A stretch of 64,000 bases of DNA from a virus (taxonomy: Duplodnaviria > Caudoviricetes), in the IMG/VR virus record IMGVR_UViG_3300017791_000021, positions 32,001 to 96,000 of that record. One strand, 5' to 3'. The notes below the pieces were generated by a model, which had not been told where the DNA came from, did no database searches, and saw only the letters and a program-made list of their open reading frames with translations. Both the position numbers and the translations under genes were made by a program. Below, piece after piece: positions 7,874 to 16,605 of the stretch. Each line of letters opens with the position of its first letter. The stretch's first letter is position 1.

Positions 7874-8564
7874 CAGGGAAGTCCTGATATGTAGCAGGGG
7901 CAATCTTGCGTAGCTCCTCAAGAACCAGCGTAGCGAATGCCCGTATTTCTGCGTCAGCGTGCATAGAATAGCGCTTGAACAACATGTCACGCCATGCTCT
8001 GTGGTTTCCAGTGACGACTATCTTAGTCTCTGTACCGCCAGGAAGCAAGGCTCTTGCTGCCTCACGTGCCTTCTTACCCTTAACACCTTCAGACTCCAGG
8101 ATCTCTACGATATCGCCATAGCGGCTGATAGCGTCAGACATCGTGCGGCCTAGCTTACCAACAGGCTCCATCCAATTGTCAAGAGCGTCGATAGCGGGTG
8201 GAACGGTAATTACAGCATCTTCCATGTTGATGTAACGCTGTGAAAGCTCACTGTAGCTCAGGTGTCTATGTCTAATCAACTCGTGAGTCATATTGCGGCT
8301 GACACCCTCAACATAGAAAGTAACGCTAGCGTGCTCTAGAACTGAAAAATGTCCCTGCTTGATGATATTGGCCAAATAGCCATTATCGGTAGCAGTATCG
8401 GGATTAGGCATTTGCCAGGATTGGTAACAGGAACGTCCAGCAAAATGGGCTAGACGATCAGCAGACTGATGAGGCTTGCCACCATGAAAACTGCCGAACT
8501 CTGTATTTCTAACAGAGTCCGGCAGTTCCTCAAAATAGGTGGAAGCTAACACTGTTAACTTCAC
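7857..8564 (-). CDS. thyX: flavin-dependent thymidylate synthase
   Basis: GHFSVLEH, RHRHLSYSELSQRY, AREAARALLP, HADAEIR. Confidence 0.95.
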   Translation of the reverse strand: MKLTVLASTYFEELPDSVRNTEFGSFHGGKPHQSADRLAHFAGRSCYQSWQMPNPDTATDNGYLANIIKQGHFSVLEHASVTFYVEGVSRNMTHELIRHRHLSYSELSQRYINMEDAVITVPPAIDALDNWMEPVGKLGRTMSDAISRYGDIVEILESEGVKGKKAREAARALLPGGTETKIVVTGNHRAWRDMLFKRYSMHADAEIRAFATLVLEELRKIAPATYQDFPDEPFA

Positions 8565-8572
8565 GTATTTCC

Positions 8573-8743
8573 TTAATTCTTCTCGTAGCTACTTGCGAGC
8601 TGATCAAAGGTCACCCGAATAGGTGCCTCTCGGTTGTTGGTGTTCTTAAGGTAGACCACATTGGCACCATTGTCAACGGCATCAATTTTATAGGTCTCAC
8701 CCTTGATCTGCTTGTGCTTGTACGACTCTCCCTTGCGCGGCAA
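8573..8743 (-). CDS. 56-aa hypothetical protein (MPRKGESYKHKQIKGETYKI...)
   Basis: GGAGGG SD, TTG start; missing from ORF track. Confidence 0.65.
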   Translation of the reverse strand: MPRKGESYKHKQIKGETYKIDAVDNGANVVYLKNTNNREAPIRVTFDQLASSYEKN

Positions 8744-9134
8744 GGTTCCCTCCTAGTACTAGCGGATTAATGAGTCCAGCACTGATCACTAATTCTTGGC
8801 TTATCAGTCGCCCTCTAAGATATGTTGGCGCGAAAGCCTTAGCTTTCAGTGTCTGGTGCTGTGCTCCTACCCTAGCGGACAGGAAATCTCCTGTCAAGCA
8901 GTAAGCTAGGGAGACACCAGAACGGTCACCTGCTCCTGGACCCCACAGCCTATTTTCAGGTAGGAAGTCCAGGAGGGTGTAATTCGCTTCAATTTGAGCA
9001 GTTGTCTGATAAACCTGAAAACCATCAGGAAGTTCAAACAAGAGAATTTTAGTAGGTGAGAAGATTCTACTTACAAAGTAGAACTGGTTTGGCAGTATCT
9101 TCCATTGATAATACTGCCCTCTTAGTACTGTCAT
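8697..9134 (-). CDS. hypothetical protein; C-terminal half overlaps promoter and structured leader
   Basis: N-terminal half looks protein-like; 3' half doubtful. Confidence 0.5.
   Translation of the reverse strand: MTVLRGQYYQWKILPNQFYFVSRIFSPTKILLFELPDGFQVYQTTAQIEANYTLLDFLPENRLWGPGAGDRSGVSLAYCLTGDFLSARVGAQHQTLKAKAFAPTYLRGRLISQELVISAGLINPLVLGGNLAAQGRVVQAQADQG
8776..8856 (-). ncRNA. putative structured leader RNA (four-way junction)
   Basis: closing stem CCAGACACTGA/TCAGTGCTGG enclosing three hairpins, starting just after a strong promoter. Confidence 0.4.
8869..8897 (-). promoter_or_regulatory. sigma70/HrdB-type promoter with overlapping 7-bp inverted repeat
   Basis: TTGACA-17-TAGGGT; GACAGGA/TCCTGTC at 8878-8895. 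Confidence 0.7.
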
Positions 9135-9141
9135 GGCTCAC

Positions 9142-9609
9142 CTACGTTGAATACTTATCAGCACGGTTCTCCAGATCACGTCTGGAGATTCTTCTAGACA
9201 ACTCTCTGGATACTACCTTGGATGCGGCCTCTAGGTGGGTATATTCCGATTTTGAGAGTTTCGTTATGGCATATGCTAGCTCAACGGCATCTTCAGCGTC
9301 CAGATATTCTTCCTCTTGCTGAACCATTGCCTTTGTTGCTGCAACAGTCTTTTCCTTCTTATGCACAATGCTATAACGGTCGAACACACGCTGAAGATTT
9401 CTCTCAGCCTTACGTTCTGCAATTTCATTCAGGGCTACTTGATAGCCAGCGTAGCCAGTCCAGTTGGTAAAGTCAACCAGCAGATCCATCAACAAATCAT
9501 CGGGAAGGTCTGACAATCCGGGTGGAAGTATTGGCTGGTCTTCTGACGGCTTTTCTCTCAGAGTTGTGCTCTCTAACCATCCGCTCTGAATCGGGTTTCT
9601 GCGCGCCAT
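9142..9609 (-). CDS. helical protein, possibly UvsY-like recombination mediator
   Basis: start MARRNP at 9609; coiled-coil character, C-terminal SRELSRR; recombination-cluster context (function inferred). Confidence 0.55.
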   Translation of the reverse strand: MARRNPIQSGWLESTTLREKPSEDQPILPPGLSDLPDDLLMDLLVDFTNWTGYAGYQVALNEIAERKAERNLQRVFDRYSIVHKKEKTVAATKAMVQQEEEYLDAEDAVELAYAITKLSKSEYTHLEAASKVVSRELSRRISRRDLENRADKYST

Positions 9610-10501
9610 ATTTCTCACAATCTTTACACGTACCAGTAGGACACTCTGGAAGAGGACCATCAAGATCCAGAGCAGCGACAATATCAGAGCAGTTCTTAAG
9701 AACTCTCTTGGAGACCTCAGGATCGTGCTTTACAACGAATTCTTTCACGCCCTGATTGAATTTGGCTTCATAAATAAAGATAATTTGGTCAAAAGGGAGA
9801 CCAATTCGCGCACAAAGAGCAAGATAAAGCTGTCCCTGCTTAATGTGAGACGGAAATGGTGCCTTGATGTCCTTCCAAAGGCCCTGAAAATCTATAGAAC
9901 TGCCATTGGAGTTCTGAGCATAGACGTCAGGTGCTTCTATTCTAACGGTTCCGGCACCAACGGACTTAATCTCTATCAACGCATTCAACCGTGGAATAGC
10001 TCCGTCAGCATGACCAGAGATCATTAGAGGGTCATAGCGTAGCGGTACCTCAAGATACTGCATGATTTCGATACCCGCACCGCATATATGGCACTTATCA
10101 GGAAGTACGTCTGAGCGCACAAAGGTACCACAGCGCAGACACTTCCAGTTACCCCACAAATCCCCCATCTGCCACAAACGACGTTGCCACTTGTCATGGA
10201 TGTAGTGACCTTCGTCAAAGATGTTGAGGAGCTGCGGAGCGATGGTCTCAGCAGGCTTGAGATAGGGGTTGTCTGCCTCTCTACAGGCCAAAATCCGGTA
10301 GTAGGTAGCTAGAGGGCACCAGCTCTCTTTCGCTGTCTCAGAAGGGTGTACGATGTCTTGCCTACGCTTGGAGGGTTTCGCATTCTCCTTAATCATATGG
10401 GCCTGAATATCACCAATAAGGAGTGTTCCCTTAGAAGCATTGGCATAGTTGGCTAGATTTCCGGAGAGCTTTGGTCCCCATCCTGAGCTGATTGTTGCCA
10501 A
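9497..10501 (-). CDS. Cas4-like PD-(D/E)xK exonuclease
   Basis: HPSE..WCP, GHYIH, GHADG, IEIKS, QGQLY, C-terminal C..C..C (1+3 Cys), inserted CxxC-CxxC. Confidence 0.85.
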   Translation of the reverse strand: MATISSGWGPKLSGNLANYANASKGTLLIGDIQAHMIKENAKPSKRRQDIVHPSETAKESWCPLATYYRILACREADNPYLKPAETIAPQLLNIFDEGHYIHDKWQRRLWQMGDLWGNWKCLRCGTFVRSDVLPDKCHICGAGIEIMQYLEVPLRYDPLMISGHADGAIPRLNALIEIKSVGAGTVRIEAPDVYAQNSNGSSIDFQGLWKDIKAPFPSHIKQGQLYLALCARIGLPFDQIIFIYEAKFNQGVKEFVVKHDPEVSKRVLKNCSDIVAALDLDGPLPECPTGTCKDCEKYGAQKPDSERMVREHNSERKAVRRPANTSTRIVRPSR

Positions 10502-10803
10502 GTTCTTCTTTCCTTTCGTAGTTTAGTACGCTCTTCTGGAGAATGTCCTCCCCAAACTCCCCACCGCTCGTTATTGACTAACGCGAATTCTAAACAGAGT
10601 TCTAATAGTGGGCACGGTCGTCCGTCATACGTACCTAAGCAGATATTCTTTGCATCTTCTGTCTCGTCAGTTGCCTCAGGATCATCCGACTCTCCATACC
10701 AGGGATCATAATCCGCTGTGGCGGGAAAGGACACACATTTGGCTGTCTTCCTTGGATCATCACTGAACCATTGAGGAGCAACACTACGTAACTTCATTAC
10801 CAA
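10453..10803 (-). CDS. whiB: WhiB-family transcription factor
   Basis: four Cys (AKC, AKNIC, CPLLELC) plus GVWGG motif. Confidence 0.9.
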   Translation of the reverse strand: MVMKLRSVAPQWFSDDPRKTAKCVSFPATADYDPWYGESDDPEATDETEDAKNICLGTYDGRPCPLLELCLEFALVNNERWGVWGGHSPEERTKLRKERRTWQQSAQDGDQSSPEI

Positions 10804-11113
10804 TACTAGCTTCTTCCCTTAAGGTGAGATAGTCATCCTTTGACATGATTACCCACTCATTACCAGTGGTCTTGAACTCTACCATAAAGATCGGTAAACG
10901 TCCATCCACCAGCGCTTGATTAGTCAATGTCTCAAGCTCTGCATCCTTGAGGGAATATGATTTGGCTGATGTAATCTTCAGCTCAAACAATTCATCTTCT
11001 GTACGCACATCACCCTTGCGTATCCATCCATTACCTGAGCCAGAATTGACAGAGCCCCCGACCAAACGGCCGAGGGCTTTTTCCTGTCTCTGGCTATCCT
11101 TTAAGGTAGCCAT
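10784..11113 (-). CDS. PD-(D/E)xK endonuclease, Holliday-junction-resolvase-like
   Basis: QEK..GG..SGSG..KGDV...FELK. Confidence 0.75.
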   Translation of the reverse strand: MATLKDSQRQEKALGRLVGGSVNSGSGNGWIRKGDVRTEDELFELKITSAKSYSLKDAELETLTNQALVDGRLPIFMVEFKTTGNEWVIMSKDDYLTLREEASIGNEVT

Positions 11114-11121
11114 TTGTAACC

Positions 11122-11394
11122 TTACTTCTCGTTGTCAATATTCTTCGGACGACCAGTGATCAGGCGAACGCTGTCACGGACCAGACCAACACCGAAACCA
11201 CCCAGACCCATGACAGGCCATGCAGCAACCATACCGCCTCGGTAAAGACAGCAGACCAGCATACCCAGATCATGACCGTACTTCTCACGGTACTGCTTAA
11301 GGCTCTTGCCGTTATCCAGCAGATCGCTGAGCGTAGTTCCCGACCCGATGAGCCAAATGAGTCCGCCAACAATCCAAGCGCCAATAACCAGCAT
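11122..11394 (-). CDS. membrane protein
   Basis: two hydrophobic segments, AAGGAGG SD. Confidence 0.7.
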   Translation of the reverse strand: MLVIGAWIVGGLIWLIGSGTTLSDLLDNGKSLKQYREKYGHDLGMLVCCLYRGGMVAAWPVMGLGGFGVGLVRDSVRLITGRPKNIDNEK

Positions 11395-11433
11395 GTGTTT
11401 GCCTCCTTGATAGGATTAATAGTCCTTCTACTG

Positions 11434-11471
11434 CCTCAAGCCAGTACCCATAATCAGGTACTGGCTCAAGG
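11434..11471 (-). promoter_or_regulatory. 15-bp RNA hairpin without U-tract
   Basis: CCTTGAGCCAGTACC/GGTACTGGCTTGAGG with G-U pairs on the minus strand. Confidence 0.6.
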
Positions 11472-11481
11472 TTACTTCATA

Positions 11482-11550
11482 TCAGCCTGCGGGGCAACCG
11501 CAGTGCGGAGGGAAGTGAGGCGGATTGGTGCAGTTGTGCTGACACTTCAT
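11482..11550 (-). CDS. 22-aa Cys/His peptide (MKCQHNCTNPPHFPPHCGCPAG)
   Basis: ATGA overlap with upstream stop, AAGGTGG SD-like sequence. Confidence 0.4.
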   Translation of the reverse strand: MKCQHNCTNPPHFPPHCGCPAG

Positions 11551-11813
11551 CGACTAGCCACCTTAACAATCGCATTTGTATACTTACGGTCCAGCTCTTG
11601 AACTTCCTCTGAGAGTTCAGAGAAAGGAATCAAGGACTTGTGATCAGGTCGAGTAAGGTTACGCCATACTGACCACGCATCATGTACGTCTTCCAGGGTA
11701 GTTTCCTTGCCCTTGACGAGTACAAGAAGACTGTACATGTCCAACAGATCTTCGTCAATACCGGGAAGTTCCTGACGGACAGCATCCCGAATCTCATTGA
11801 CGTAATTACGCAC
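11547..11813 (-). CDS. stand-alone RyR-domain-like protein
   Basis: VHDAW...PDHKSLIPFSELSEEVQELDR resembles the RyR repeat motif; GTG start at 11813. Confidence 0.65.
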   Translation of the reverse strand: MRNYVNEIRDAVRQELPGIDEDLLDMYSLLVLVKGKETTLEDVHDAWSVWRNLTRPDHKSLIPFSELSEEVQELDRKYTNAIVKVASR

Positions 11814-12432
11814 CCTGTGTCTCCCACTTGTGGATATCGTCGTTCTCAAGGAGAACCTTGTAACTTGCGTTGACCTCTCGAAGGTACACTACCATGCCCT
11901 CCGACTTAAAGCCAGGCATTGCCTTCGACCCGTTGTCCGCGAGATCCTTGCGAAGCTCACCAACATTCAGATCGTAGAACTGCCCTGCAAACAGTAGCGG
12001 AACGATATAGAGGTTGTCAACCTCAGATCGTGCCTCAGTCGGGTGCAGCGTCTCAAACCAGCGAGGCGCATTGAAGAGGCTGAAGCGCTTCTCAGAGAGT
12101 CCGTAGCCCCTCTGGATACCCCGACCCCACCACTCGCCATAGTGGTCCCCAGAGCCCAATGTACGGACAAGTGCAGACGCATTGTCGTGCACCCATCCTG
12201 CAAAACCGAAGTTGTCAGTACTCTTACCAGGCTGAAGCAGCCGCTTGCGAGACTGTGCCCACAGGGTGTACGCCTCATCGTCTACAGTGACGTGCAGAAC
12301 AGCCTGACTGTCATCCTCAGTACCATCGTACGGACGGATGCGTACTGCTGAGTTGGAACCGTCGATCTTCTCTGTAACTACCGCACGCTCCTTGCTCATG
12401 CGCGGGATAGAAGGCCACGGCTTGAACTCCAT
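11806..12432 (-). CDS. RNA ligase (Rnl2-like nucleotidyltransferase)
   Basis: motif I TEKIDGSN, AQSRKR, YGEWWG, FSLFN, SEGMVV, YKV. Confidence 0.85.
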   Translation of the reverse strand: MEFKPWPSIPRMSKERAVVTEKIDGSNSAVRIRPYDGTEDDSQAVLHVTVDDEAYTLWAQSRKRLLQPGKSTDNFGFAGWVHDNASALVRTLGSGDHYGEWWGRGIQRGYGLSEKRFSLFNAPRWFETLHPTEARSEVDNLYIVPLLFAGQFYDLNVGELRKDLADNGSKAMPGFKSEGMVVYLREVNASYKVLLENDDIHKWETQGA

Positions 12433-12446
12433 TGCTATCTCCTCTG

Positions 12447-12830
12447 TTAAATGTACGGCTGAAGTACTGTTGTCAGGTCTACCGTAGCACCTAGGGTAGA
12501 AGGAATCAACACGCCCTTTGTTGTGCGGTTGGCCATGTTGGTTACCTTCTCGATGATGGTATATGTAAACCCACCAGGGTGCAACTCGTCGTTGTCAGTA
12601 CACGGTAGTGTAATGCTGAAGGTACCCGGACCTGAACTGTTCGGCGTACCTCCGATCGTTCCTGGAAGGATAGCAACCAGGGGTGGTACTGTCAAGAACT
12701 GATCGTCTGTGGCATCGGAAAGAGACGGCACAGACGGAATGAACTGTACTGTGCCGTTCTCACCTGCACCACTGACGAAGTTAATGTACTTTCCAGTTAC
12801 GGTAATTAACTTAGCGCCTGTGATAGTCAT
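12447..12830 (-). CDS. beta-rich protein resembling N-terminal adaptor domains of actinophage minor tail proteins
   Basis: VTGKY...GTVQFIP...GTFSITLPCTD..P.GFTYTIIE pattern. Confidence 0.55.
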   Translation of the reverse strand: MTITGAKLITVTGKYINFVSGAGENGTVQFIPSVPSLSDATDDQFLTVPPLVAILPGTIGGTPNSSGPGTFSITLPCTDNDELHPGGFTYTIIEKVTNMANRTTKGVLIPSTLGATVDLTTVLQPYI

Positions 12831-12833
12831 GGA

Positions 12834-13880
12834 TTATTCCTTTGTTGTAGCTAGCTCTAGAGTTCTTGCGAAAATCTCTTCCTTAAGGTCTAGATTACTA
12901 CGAATATCCTCAACCATCGGATCTCTACCTTGCCACTTGAATTCTTCCCCATCCTTAGTGGTGTAATTGAACCAAGCACCACCACGACGAATGACCTTGA
13001 AGAGCACAGCCATGGTGATGATGTCCTTTACTAGATCGAACTCACCAGCATGGAATCCCTTTACAGAATCCAGGAAGTAGAAGTCTCCCATAGCAACAGA
13101 CTTAGGCGCTGCTGCCTTGTTCTTCTCCATCAGGTATTTGTTGGTCTGCCCAACCTTTACCTTTCCAGCAATACCATCGACCTTTTCTTCAATCCACTCA
13201 TCTCGGGATACAAGAACTCGCTGATAAAAGGCATAGTTCTTTGCCTTTCCTCCCGGAGTGGTAGTTGGGGTTCCATACGGAGAAAAAGAACCAACTGCAT
13301 CACGCAATTGATTAACGAAGAAACCAATGTAAGGACGCTCCTTGTTGAATGTTCCTCCTACCTTGCGGAAGAACTGTCCAGTACGTCTTGCACCAAGAGT
13401 CATGGAGTTCTGATCCATGGTCTTCTCTTCCTCTTCAGAGGCAGCAAGAGCAGGATAACTATCAAGCACGATGCAGTCAAACTCATGGGAGAACGCAGCA
13501 TCAAGTACCATCTGGTACGCCAACTCCATATTGCTGGTTGGCATAACGATTACACGAGAGTTGTCAACGCCATTCTTTTCTGCCCACTCCATGTCATAGT
13601 GCTCAGAAGCAACCCAGAATGTCATGAAGCTAGGATCTAATGCCTGATTAGCGGCAATAGTTCGCAGAATAATAGAAGTCTTTCCGTTACTCTCCTTACC
13701 ATAAACCTCTACCCATTGATTTCCTGGCCATCCTCCACCTAACGCCACATCTAACGCCAGTAGACCAGAGGTAAACTTCTTTGGAATTACCATGTCGGAT
13801 GCCATCGTAAGCAATGGCTTTCCGTCCTTCTCTAACTGCTTATTCATCTTTGCTAAGAAAGCAACAGCAGAATCACTCAA
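12834..13880 (-). CDS. recA: RecA/UvsX recombinase
   Basis: SGLLALDVALGGG, Walker A GKESNGKT, VLDS, NQLR, TPGGKAKNYA, GGAWF. Confidence 0.95.
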   Translation of the reverse strand: MSDSAVAFLAKMNKQLEKDGKPLLTMASDMVIPKKFTSGLLALDVALGGGWPGNQWVEVYGKESNGKTSIILRTIAANQALDPSFMTFWVASEHYDMEWAEKNGVDNSRVIVMPTSNMELAYQMVLDAAFSHEFDCIVLDSYPALAASEEEEKTMDQNSMTLGARRTGQFFRKVGGTFNKERPYIGFFVNQLRDAVGSFSPYGTPTTTPGGKAKNYAFYQRVLVSRDEWIEEKVDGIAGKVKVGQTNKYLMEKNKAAAPKSVAMGDFYFLDSVKGFHAGEFDLVKDIITMAVLFKVIRRGGAWFNYTTKDGEEFKWQGRDPMVEDIRSNLDLKEEIFARTLELATTKE

Positions 13881-13899
13881 AGTATCTCCCTTAAATAGC

Positions 13900-13948
13900 G
13901 TAGGGGCCGGTAGAAACCTACTCTACCAGCCCCTACTGACATTGTCTA
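13900..13948 (-). promoter_or_regulatory. recA promoter overlapping a 15-bp hairpin
   Basis: TAGACA-17-TAGAGT; stem 13900-13914/13922-13936. Confidence 0.6.
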
Positions 13949-13952
13949 GTGT

Positions 13953-14084
13953 CTAGAACCAGTCAAAATCTCCGTCACCGAAGTACCAAATACCTCCGAG
14001 TGCCAGCAAGATAATGCCCAGCCATACAGGTCCATGGGACAACAGAACGATGACTCCTGCAATTACGCATATAAGTTCAAACAT
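13953..14084 (-). CDS. 43-aa two-TM membrane micro-protein
   Basis: MFELICVIAGVIVLLSHGPVWLGIILLALGGIWYFGDGDFDWF. Confidence 0.55.
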   Translation of the reverse strand: MFELICVIAGVIVLLSHGPVWLGIILLALGGIWYFGDGDFDWF

Positions 14085-14235
14085 TCTTCGGCCAACCGTA
14101 CATATTCTTCCAGGTCTCCATGTCACCTGTTGCAGCCACGTACTGAATGGTCAGCAGGAAAAGCTTAATCCGCTGGACATTCTCATAGAAATTATCGCTG
14201 CGCTCTTCCCAAATGACCTTCAGTGCGTCAAGCAT
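14077..14235 (-). CDS. 52-aa hypothetical protein
   Basis: AGGAG SD; MLDALKVIWEERSDNFY... Confidence 0.6.
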   Translation of the reverse strand: MLDALKVIWEERSDNFYENVQRIKLFLLTIQYVAATGDMETWKNMYGWPKNV

Positions 14236-14243
14236 TTTATCTC

Positions 14244-16172
14244 CTAAGCGACTAGATCAACTGTTTCGCAGCCTCCATCAGCAGTACAAGCTAGAGACTG
14301 TGTTCCTACTGTCTGATCGTACAATTCATACCAGCTAAGGTCTTCCCACGGAAGCTCCTTCGGCATGGCTGCTACTAAATCATCGTACTGTTCTCTTGTC
14401 AAGTCCTCGTAAGGAGCCTGCTTGTAAACGTGATCAGAGTACGGAAGAAATGCCACTCCAGAGATCTCATCGAAGTGCTTCCATACCCAAGCGGCTGTAT
14501 CCAGCCACTCATCTTCCTTGATGGTGATCGTAACAGATGGCTTGTGCTCTGTAAAGTGTCGCTGATACGCAAGCCATAGATCCAGGTGAGGAATAGCACC
14601 AAGATCTGTACGAGTCAAAGCATTCTCTGGAGCTGCAACGGGGAATCCGAATACAACAGCAGAGGAATTCATTACATCATCTTCATAAGGAACTCCTGCG
14701 TCAATCATTAGACGAGTTAGAGGGTCCTTCTTATCGGCGCGTACATTTCTACGGTAATACTTTGCGTGCCAGGTGTGCATACCACTAGCAGCATTGGCTA
14801 GCTGAGAGGTAGTACCCTCTGGCTTCACACAAGTTACAGCAGCAGACGGAACGATGTCAAGCTTACGTGCCCACTGCTTATTGACAGCTACAGCTACCTT
14901 GCGCAGCTCATCAAGCCACGCATTCATGATGTCATGTCCTTCAGAACCATTCAAGACAGCGTGACCCATCTGTCCAGTCATGGACACACCTAGCAGACGC
15001 TCAGCCTCAGTATTCTCACGCCAAATAGGACGGAGATAGTTGAAATCAGTAAGCGTGGACTGAATAGTTCCGAAGATAGCAGCAGCCTTGATCTTATCCA
15101 TAAGATCTAATAGAGAATCCTCTGGATTAACTACCACGGTTGATAGATTACAGAACTGATATGGTCGCAGGATGATTTCGGAGCAGGGATTTGTGCCGTA
15201 ATCAATCGAATCGGATCTCTTTCCGTACTTTGCAGCCTGCTTTTGGGAGGCTTCTCTATTGAAAATACCTCTCTCGCCTGACTTGGAATCATAAATAGTC
15301 TTCCATTCCTGCATGAATACAGATTGTGTTGGACGCTTATCGTAAACCGCAGAGACGTTAGCCAGTCCACGGTACTGATGCTCAATGTACCACTCACCTG
15401 ACTTAGCTGTGGCTAGATCCTGGTCATCAAGATCAGTCAGAGCAATCAGAGCGGAACGACGCACGCCACCTACGACTACAACAGATGCAATCTTGCAGAC
15501 GATATCAAACACTTCAAGGGTGGTCAACTTACGACCGACAGCGTTGGTAAAGATCTTGGTGACGAACTCAAACAGTTCTACCAGCGGTTCAGGACCACTG
15601 GAACGGCCTCCAAACGTCTTCAGACGGCTGCCTGCGGGGCGAACACCACTGACATCCCATGTGGGTATGATCCCCACGTACAAGGCTGCCACAACGGCTC
15701 TCAGAGCCTTGGCCCAACCCTCTTTGGAGTCCTCTACAACGACGTGAAAATCAATAGTACGTAGATCACCACGACCAACGACAGGAAGTTTGTCAACGTA
15801 TCTCTTTTCTACTGAGAAACCTACACCAGTTCCATTCATGAGAATATACAGCAGCTCATCGAAAGCCACTACGTCATCAATGGGTAGATAGGAACAGTTG
15901 TATCCAGCAATATTGGAACGCTCCAGTGCTGGACCAGCAGTCATCAGGGCACGCATTGAGCCCAAAGCTTCCAGCCCTACAAACTTCTCCCTAAGGAATG
16001 GGAGATCGGCTGACAAATCATAAGAATAATTCTCTGCTAGATGCTCTGATAGAAAATTGAGATATCTATCAGAACTCTCCTCCCAAAATTCTCTTCGTTG
16101 ATTCTCCTCATCCCAGCGGGCGTATCGAGAAATGGCAATGAAAGACTGATATGGGCTCATATGTGTGGTCAC
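14244..16172 (-). CDS. nrdJ: class II (B12-dependent) ribonucleotide reductase, monomeric RTPR type
   Basis: SMRALM, NCSY, GTGVGFS, GGVRRSA, TNPCSEI, TCVKPEGT, C-terminal Cys pair; no small-subunit gene nearby. Confidence 0.92.
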   Translation of the reverse strand: MTTHMSPYQSFIAISRYARWDEENQRREFWEESSDRYLNFLSEHLAENYSYDLSADLPFLREKFVGLEALGSMRALMTAGPALERSNIAGYNCSYLPIDDVVAFDELLYILMNGTGVGFSVEKRYVDKLPVVGRGDLRTIDFHVVVEDSKEGWAKALRAVVAALYVGIIPTWDVSGVRPAGSRLKTFGGRSSGPEPLVELFEFVTKIFTNAVGRKLTTLEVFDIVCKIASVVVVGGVRRSALIALTDLDDQDLATAKSGEWYIEHQYRGLANVSAVYDKRPTQSVFMQEWKTIYDSKSGERGIFNREASQKQAAKYGKRSDSIDYGTNPCSEIILRPYQFCNLSTVVVNPEDSLLDLMDKIKAAAIFGTIQSTLTDFNYLRPIWRENTEAERLLGVSMTGQMGHAVLNGSEGHDIMNAWLDELRKVAVAVNKQWARKLDIVPSAAVTCVKPEGTTSQLANAASGMHTWHAKYYRRNVRADKKDPLTRLMIDAGVPYEDDVMNSSAVVFGFPVAAPENALTRTDLGAIPHLDLWLAYQRHFTEHKPSVTITIKEDEWLDTAAWVWKHFDEISGVAFLPYSDHVYKQAPYEDLTREQYDDLVAAMPKELPWEDLSWYELYDQTVGTQSLACTADGGCETVDLVA

Positions 16173-16206
16173 GTTATACTACTCCGCTGGGATGAGTGGT
16201 TTATAT

Positions 16207-16605
16207 TTACAGGTGTTCTCCGCCACCAGCATTCAGGGTGGCAATTGCGCCTTGCATTGTCTGATTATCTCCAGACTGGCGTGCTGGCTGTGCTTCTCCC
16301 GGCTTTGTCTGGAGACTTCTTTCTCCGTAGCCAGACTGCTCAAAGCGAGGGTGATATCCGCACTCTCCACAGGCGATAGCATATGACCCCATTGTCATGT
16401 ACTTGTCGCTCCCACAGCCAGGACAGCGCCCACCTTCCTTAAGGCGGACGCTGGGAGTGTATTCCTGTTCCTGGCTAGGGATACTCTGAGAAGGCGGAGT
16501 TGCTGGGGGTATATTCGGTGAATTGTAAACCGGGTAGAGATCCCTTGACGGGAGTACCGCTGGCTTTACTTGTTCACCATTAAGTTTGTTCGCCCAAAAA
16601 CTCAT
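16207..16605 (-). CDS. zinc-ribbon protein
   Basis: CPGCGS...CGECGY. Confidence 0.75.
   Translation of the reverse strand: MSFWANKLNGEQVKPAVLPSRDLYPVYNSPNIPPATPPSQSIPSQEQEYTPSVRLKEGGRCPGCGSDKYMTMGSYAIACGECGYHPRFEQSGYGERSLQTKPGEAQPARQSGDNQTMQGAIATLNAGGGEHL

Noticed and set aside
8776-8856. Hammerhead ribozyme or tRNA reading of the structured leader (GAAA...CTGATAA)
   Set aside because: Core is CUGAUAA rather than CUGANGA with stem II misplaced; no T-loop, anticodon arm or CCA
9497-10501. CRISPR-Cas system suggested by Cas4
   Set aside because: No repeat-spacer array or other cas genes seen
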